A stretch of DNA of 64,000 nucleotides from the human T2T-CHM13v2.0 reference genome, Homo sapiens: the NCBI RefSeq assembly GCF_009914755.1, contig NC_060925.1. One strand, written 5' to 3'. Shown in pieces: positions 14,980-64,000 of this stretch (within the stretch, counting starts at the first letter, position 1; every line of letters starts with the position of its first letter). The position numbers were made by a program, and so were the translations under genes. The notes under the pieces are model-generated. The model did not search any database. It saw only the letters and a program-made list of their open reading frames with translations, and had not been told where the DNA came from.

Positions 14980-15335
14980 ATGGGTGTGTCCATATGTGTA
15001 TTCTTATGTGATAGTGTATGTATAAAGACAATATAAACGTATATGTGGTGTGTGTATCTTTATATGTGATGTGTGTATCTACGAATTTGCATGCTATCTA
15101 TATACATATGTGTTTGTAATGTATGTGCCTGCCTGATATATTTGTGGATATGGCCATTAATAGCAAATGTATAATTTATAGTTTTGAATGTGTAAGATAT
15201 GCATAATTATGTGTGAATGCTATAAAGCATATATACACCTGCATGTATGTAGTCATACATATGTTTGTGTGCAAGTATGTGCATATGAATGTCTGTGATT
15301 GTGCATCTGTGTATGTGTATATGTACATACAGTCA
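14980..15335. repeat. Degenerate (TG/TA)n low-complexity tract upstream of the OR10Z1 CDS
   Basis: Alternating purine-pyrimidine tatgtg/gtgtat units. Confidence 0.7.
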
Positions 15336-15537
15336 TATGGGAATGGACCCATACATTTGTGTCTAATTTAACAAATACTTTTTTGAAGTTTGAGTAGAGT
15401 CTAAATCAGAGCTGCCTTTTTAAGTTGCAACAGGAACAAGAGAAAAAGAATCCATATCATCCACCTTTTAAAGAAGTTAGGCATCTACTGGCAAGGTGGA
15501 AGAAATCAACAAATCTATCAGGGATATACCTCTCAGA

Positions 15538-16479
15538 ATGGGGCAGACCAACGTAACCTCCTGGAGGGATTTTGTCTTCCTGGGCTTCTCCAGTTCTGGG
15601 GAGTTGCAGCTCCTTCTCTTTGCCTTGTTCCTCTCTCTGTATCTAGTCACTCTGACCAGCAATGTCTTCATTATCATAGCCATCAGGCTGGATAGCCATC
15701 TGCACACCCCCATGTACCTCTTCCTTTCCTTCCTATCCTTCTCTGAGACCTGCTACACTTTGGGCATCATCCCTAGAATGCTCTCTGGCCTGGCTGGGGG
15801 GGACCAGGCTATCTCCTATGTGGGCTGTGCTGCCCAGATGTTCTTTTCTGCCTCATGGGCCTGTACTAACTGCTTCCTTCTGGCTGCCATGGGCTTTGAC
15901 AGATATGTGGCCATCTGTGCTCCACTCCACTATGCCAGCCACATGAATCCTACCCTCTGTGCCCAGCTGGTCATTACTTCCTTCCTGACTGGATACCTCT
16001 TTGGACTGGGAATGACACTAGTTATTTTCCACCTCTCATTCTGCAGCTCCCATGAAATCCAGCACTTTTTTTGTGACACGCCACCTGTGCTGAGCCTAGC
16101 CTGTGGAGATACAGGCCCGAGTGAGCTGAGGATCTTTATCCTCAGTCTTTTGGTCCTCTTGGTCTCCTTCTTCTTCATCACCATCTCCTACGCCTACATC
16201 TTGGCAGCAATACTGAGGATCCCCTCTGCTGAGGGGCAGAAGAAGGCCTTCTCCACTTGTGCCTCGCACCTTACAGTGGTCATTATTCATTATGGCTGTG
16301 CTTCCTTCGTGTACCTGAGGCCCAAAGCCAGCTACTCTCTTGAGAGAGATCAGCTTATTGCCATGACCTATACTGTAGTGACCCCCCTCCTTAATCCCAT
16401 TGTTTATAGTCTAAGGAATAGGGCTATACAGACAGCTCTGAGGAATGCTTTCAGAGGGAGATTGCTGGGTAAAGGTTGA
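15538..16479 (+). CDS. OR10Z1: Olfactory receptor 10Z1, intact 313-aa 7TM GPCR
   Basis: Intronless ORF MGQTNVTSW...GRLLGKG with N-terminal NVT sequon and OR motifs LHTPMYLFL, MGFDRYVAIC, HFFCD, KAFSTCASHL, PLLNPIVYSLRN. ATG at 15538; the track's GTG start at 15496 is not used. Confidence 0.96.
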   Translation: MGQTNVTSWRDFVFLGFSSSGELQLLLFALFLSLYLVTLTSNVFIIIAIRLDSHLHTPMYLFLSFLSFSETCYTLGIIPRMLSGLAGGDQAISYVGCAAQMFFSASWACTNCFLLAAMGFDRYVAICAPLHYASHMNPTLCAQLVITSFLTGYLFGLGMTLVIFHLSFCSSHEIQHFFCDTPPVLSLACGDTGPSELRIFILSLLVLLVSFFFITISYAYILAAILRIPSAEGQKKAFSTCASHLTVVIIHYGCASFVYLRPKASYSLERDQLIAMTYTVVTPLLNPIVYSLRNRAIQTALRNAFRGRLLGKG

Positions 16480-17034
16480 AGGTTACCCCAATAGGACACT
16501 TTCTTCTGTGTAGGCTGGGCATAGACCAAGAACCCAAGCCAAAGGGCCAGGTATTCAAGGCCTCAGGCCAAAGCTGTCCTACCCCCAATCTTCTGGGAAA
16601 GCCTTATCCTGCCTCTTGCCCTTCCCCCTGACTGCTTGGAATGCAGAGGCGGGGCTTCCTGCTCTGCTCACTGTGCACAACTCAAAATGAGCCCAAAATC
16701 TGAATTTTAACTTTCAGCCTCCTAGATGCCACCCCTAGTTACTGAAACCCATTGAGAATTAAAAATTTAATTAAGATAATCAAGAATTTTTTAATTGAGC
16801 TGAACAAAATGAGGGAAGTTTGGAGTGTTCAAGTTCAAGGCAGGGCTGGCTGGAGCCCATCAGGGATACTGTAGAGATTTCTAAAATCATTACATAATTA
16901 GACTATTTGACCTGTAATGTTCTTCCAAGATTTGAAACCTGGGGAATATCAGCTTGACAGGTTAGTTTAAAGCTTTGTTAAATGAACAGGTGGGTCATTT
17001 TTACTCCCACTGGGTGTCTTTCATCTTTTTATGT

Positions 17035-17135
17035 TTTTATTTTTTTTAATTTCAACTATTATTTCATATACAGTGGGGCACATGTGCTTATACATTCCTC
17101 ATTGTGCTATTGACAGTAGCAAAAACATGGAATCA
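17035..17135 (-). mobile_element. ~100-bp 5'-inverted L1 fragment with TSD
   Basis: Antisense L1 tail joined to a sense L1 piece, flanked by TCATCTTTTTAT at 17021 and 17133. Confidence 0.65.
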
Positions 17136-17454
17136 TCTTTTTATATAGTTGTCCTCACTATCTCTGACTCTGTTACTTTGCCCTTTTTGTTTTGATTGAT
17201 TTTCCAAGCTGGGTGCACTCTATTTCAGAAAATATATTTACTTCCTATTTTTTTTTATAACTGTTAATGTTCCCTGGTAGCTTCAGAATCTTGAGTGTCA
17301 AAGACCTTTCTCATTTGGGTCGCTTATCAAATTGGATACTGTTCTTTTGAATCTATTGCAGAACTATCTATTCTGCCTATTCCACTTTCCACATATAATG
17401 TGGTTATATATAGCGGCGGACATTATTAGAGAAAGTGTAATGAACTCACAAGAC

Positions 17455-17650
17455 CGTCAGGCAGGAGTTTGAATCCAAACTCTTCAACTTACTAGCTGTG
17501 TGACTCTAGGTAAGTTATTTAACATTTTTTTCAGCTTCCGAGTCTTATCTTTACAATGGTTGGTGACTAAACAGGATCATGCATACAAAGAATTTAGCAC
17601 AACCCTTGGATCATAGCGATCGTCCAATAAATTCCAGTTGCTACTATTAA
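17455..17650 (+). mobile_element. MIR SINE (other MIR remnants at ~13330, ~27840, ~43410, ~57900)
   Basis: MIR core: tttgaatcc...acttactagctgtgtgactctaggtaagttatttaac. Confidence 0.7.
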
Positions 17651-19823
17651 AATGTGTGAAGGAAAAAGATATTGGCTTTTAGTTTAGGTAGAGTTTACTC
17701 TAGGTGGAGGATCAGAGAAGACTTCATGTCTTAAATAGTATCTGAACTTGTTCCTAAAGGATGGGTGAGCTTTGAATGCACTGACTGGGGAGAAAGTACA
17801 TTCTCAGAAGAGAGAATGTAATAGCCAAAGGCTTGATGGTAAGACAATATAAGCCTAGTTTAATGTGTGTGAGTTATTCAGAGGGGCTGGAAACAACTCA
17901 CAAATGATGCTGAGAAGTTAGTTTGAGTCATGACTTACTTGTTGAAATAATTTGAATACCTTGCTTCAGACATGGTCCTTTTGTCTATAGGAGATAAGGC
18001 ACAGTAAAACGTTGAACAGAGAGAGGCATCTGGGAAGGGATTCAGGAAGATTAATCCAGCAGCAAAGGGGATGATAGATTTCAGTAGAGAGAAACCAGAG
18101 GCAAGGAGATCAGCAAGAAACCCATGGATATCAGCTTAAAAAAAGGCAAAGAGGCTTGAATATGGATAGTGACATTCAGAGACTGAAGGAAATCACAAAC
18201 ATGAGATTTTGAGAAGGTAGAATTCACAGGATTTGGCAGTGAGATAGAAGTGGGGCATGGCTTGAGAGACAAGGAAAGACCTTAGGCCGAGAAGATATTT
18301 TTCAGACAGAAATCCATATTTTTTCATGCTTTCAGGAAAGAAATACATCCTCTAATTGGAATTTGATGAAAACAATTTGAGAGGAAGGAAGCTAGAGCTC
18401 AGAGAAGAGAACAGGATGAAGACAAGTAGATGAGTTAGTCAGATAGCCAAAAGGGCCTCATCAGGGGAGAAAGGCCATCTACTCTGAAGTTCTCAATATT
18501 GGAAGAAGTAATGCCTCATTGCACTGAGGCCATGTGAGCAAATTCATTTCACCAGTTCATTCAGTCTGCCCAGCATAACATTGACTAAATGCACAGTGAC
18601 GAATGGTTAGTAAGGATGTTTCAAGTATTGCTAAGTAATACTTAGAGGTCTAACTTCCACATGTAGTAGTCTTAAGTATGGAAGGGTATAAAATCACTTG
18701 GAGGGATTTTTCCAAATAGGTGTTTTTGGAATCTATCTAATTTGTTTCTACCTTGAAACAATTGATTTGGGATAGGGACAACATAATAGTCTTCAAAATC
18801 TCGTTTGGTGATTCAAATTTCCTCTCTTGATTAAGTATGTGACTACGCGCTTAGAAAGGGCAAACTCTTCTTCCAGGTACACACATTTGACCCACTAAAT
18901 GACTAATAATTTGATTTAGGCCTTGAAAATTTTTGGCAGGGTTAGCATTGGGGGAATGGAATCACATCCACCTTTGCTTGTGATTATTTTCAGCACAAAT
19001 AGTTTTAGACTATCCATATGTGGTAAGTGTGATATTAAACAATGCTAATTTTCGATGGCCTATATCTTTTCTAACTGTACTATTTTTGGTAACTTATAAT
19101 CAGGCAATTTAGACATTTGTGAACATTAATTTTGAAAATACTTTCTGCTTGTTATATTCCATAGTATTTGACTATTTAAGAAAAGAATCACTAAAATACC
19201 TGTATGTTGTTAGTATCAATGATAACTTTTTAGCTTTAACCAACTTTTTGTTTAAAAAAGGCTCCTATGACAGGATTTGTCCTGCACAGATTCATTTCTA
19301 TGCAGAGGAAGGGACTGAGACTTAAGATGGTAATCAAGTGGCAACATGAATGGATTGGTAAGTGGGGACTATTTGTGCAGAACGCTAGCAGTTTTATACA
19401 CAGCAATTAAGATATCTAAGAATTCTCACCAGCAAATGACACCATTACCTTTTATAGATCAAATCAGAATGTCGGCATATAAACCTGTTCAGAATAAACC
19501 TGGCCTGAAAATTTTTGAAGATAGCATCACCTCTTCTTTTTTTAAAATTAATTCTTAATTTTATAAATAATTCTATTAACTGTTACTTTAACAGGATATT
19601 GAAGTATTATTTTTATTACATTAAAACTTAAGAGAAAATACGGGAGCTTGGAGGACAAGAGAAAGCCCTGCTATGCTGGAATTTTGTCTTTCTGAGAGTA
19701 ATAACATCTACAATAATTTTGAAGTATGGAAAAAAAACAAGAAGAAAACAGGTGTTATGCTGATCTGTGTGTTGTTTCATTGTACAAACTAAAATATTCA
19801 TGTTCCCCAGAAAATCAAATATC

Positions 19824-19829
19824 TTTATT
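19824..19829 (-). terminator. SPTA1: Candidate SPTA1 polyadenylation signal AATAAA (alternatives at 20030-20035, 19892-19897, 19612-19617)
   Basis: Minus-strand AATAAA about 540 nt after the stop; several hexamers are present, so the site actually used cannot be fixed from sequence alone. Confidence 0.55.
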
Positions 19830-20228
19830 TTCAAATTTAAATTTAAACACATTCCAAAGTTTAAAAAAATTGTTTGAAAATTGCCTTGGATTTTATTTAT
19901 CTACTATACCATGGCCCTTCTTTACAGTAAAATTAGCTGCCCACTCTTATATGAGTACAGTTCCCAGAAATATAGAAGCTCAACATTTTACTTAACTTTG
20001 CCCCAAAAAATATTTTTAAAAAGAATTACTTTATTCTATAATCGGAATAAAGCAAAATGATAAAGACGTGCAAAACAGAACAAATAAAAATAGAAACTTT
20101 GACACCCCTCAGCAGTGACTAGTTGCATACAAAATAGCTTCCACTCCTCCAACTCTATTAACCTTTCTATCTCCCACCCTTGAGATTTTTTAAGATCCTA
20201 CAATAAATGTAATATGCACACAAACACA

Positions 20229-20230
<2 letters not shown>

Positions 20231-20269
<39 letters not shown>
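20231..20269. repeat. (CA)n microsatellite, ~19 units, in the SPTA1 3' UTR (GU-repeat in the mRNA)
   Basis: Perfect dinucleotide run about 100 nt after the stop. Confidence 0.97.
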
Positions 20270-20273
<4 letters not shown>

Positions 20274-20366
20274 CCATCTTTATCTTCCACATTTGCCTGT
20301 ACTCTTTGCCCCCCAGTAAATTTCCCACGACACTAAGATTTTCTACGATCCACGAGGAGCTGCTTA

Positions 20367-63847
<43,481 letters not shown>

Positions 63848-64000
63848 CTGAATAAAAACAGGAAGCAGGTGTCAGTCACGCACTGGAAATATCTCCCTGT
63901 ACAGCTTACCAGGGGTGAGTAGTCCTTTAGGCTTCCCAGGAGAAAAGAGCCTCTGGCTGGAACCTCTTACGTGGCTGCAGAGATTAAAGTATGTGGTCTT

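Noticed and set aside
15496-15537. 14-aa N-terminal extension of OR10Z1 in the ORF track
   Set aside because: It starts at a GTG. The ATG at 15538 gives a typical OR length with the glycosylation sequon at residue 5.
15477-16290. Minus-strand ORFs overlapping OR10Z1
   Set aside because: Short antisense shadows of the real CDS with no recognisable motifs
63900-63975. Donor-like motifs (CTG|GTAAGC, CAC|GTAAGA) as the end of SPTA1 exon 20
   Set aside because: The upstream sequence does not read as spectrin-like, and the first site would leave an intron of only ~62 nt. Exon 20 lies outside the window.

Overview
Human (primate) genomic DNA from the 1q23 olfactory-receptor/alpha-spectrin locus. 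Two genes converge tail-to-tail. The first is the intact single-coding-exon olfactory receptor OR10Z1 (+, 15538-16479, 313 aa). The second is the 3' part of erythroid alpha-spectrin SPTA1 (-), with 32 coding exons (21-52) from 63847 to the stop at 20367. I placed each splice junction by hand. The phases join into one continuous 4362-nt frame covering the SH3 domain, spectrin repeats and EF-hands. The rest is mostly nested LINE-1, Alu, MaLR/ERVL LTR, MIR/L2, MER58 and microsatellite sequence; repeat subfamily calls were made by eye. I see no new multi-gene system or foreign insert. The most notable details are in splicing and structure: a GC-AG intron, the 18-nt microexon 46 bracketed by an unexplained ~107-bp direct repeat, an in-frame tandem acceptor at exon 41, a strong cryptic donor after exon 42, a near-perfect 124-bp tandem duplication, a 20-bp duplication over a branch-point region, an inverted (GATA)n/(TATC)n pair, a decayed U6 retrocopy, and inverted AluY elements around an in-frame 555-nt exon block. 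The LELY, LEPRA and Bug Hill positions all carry the non-variant base.
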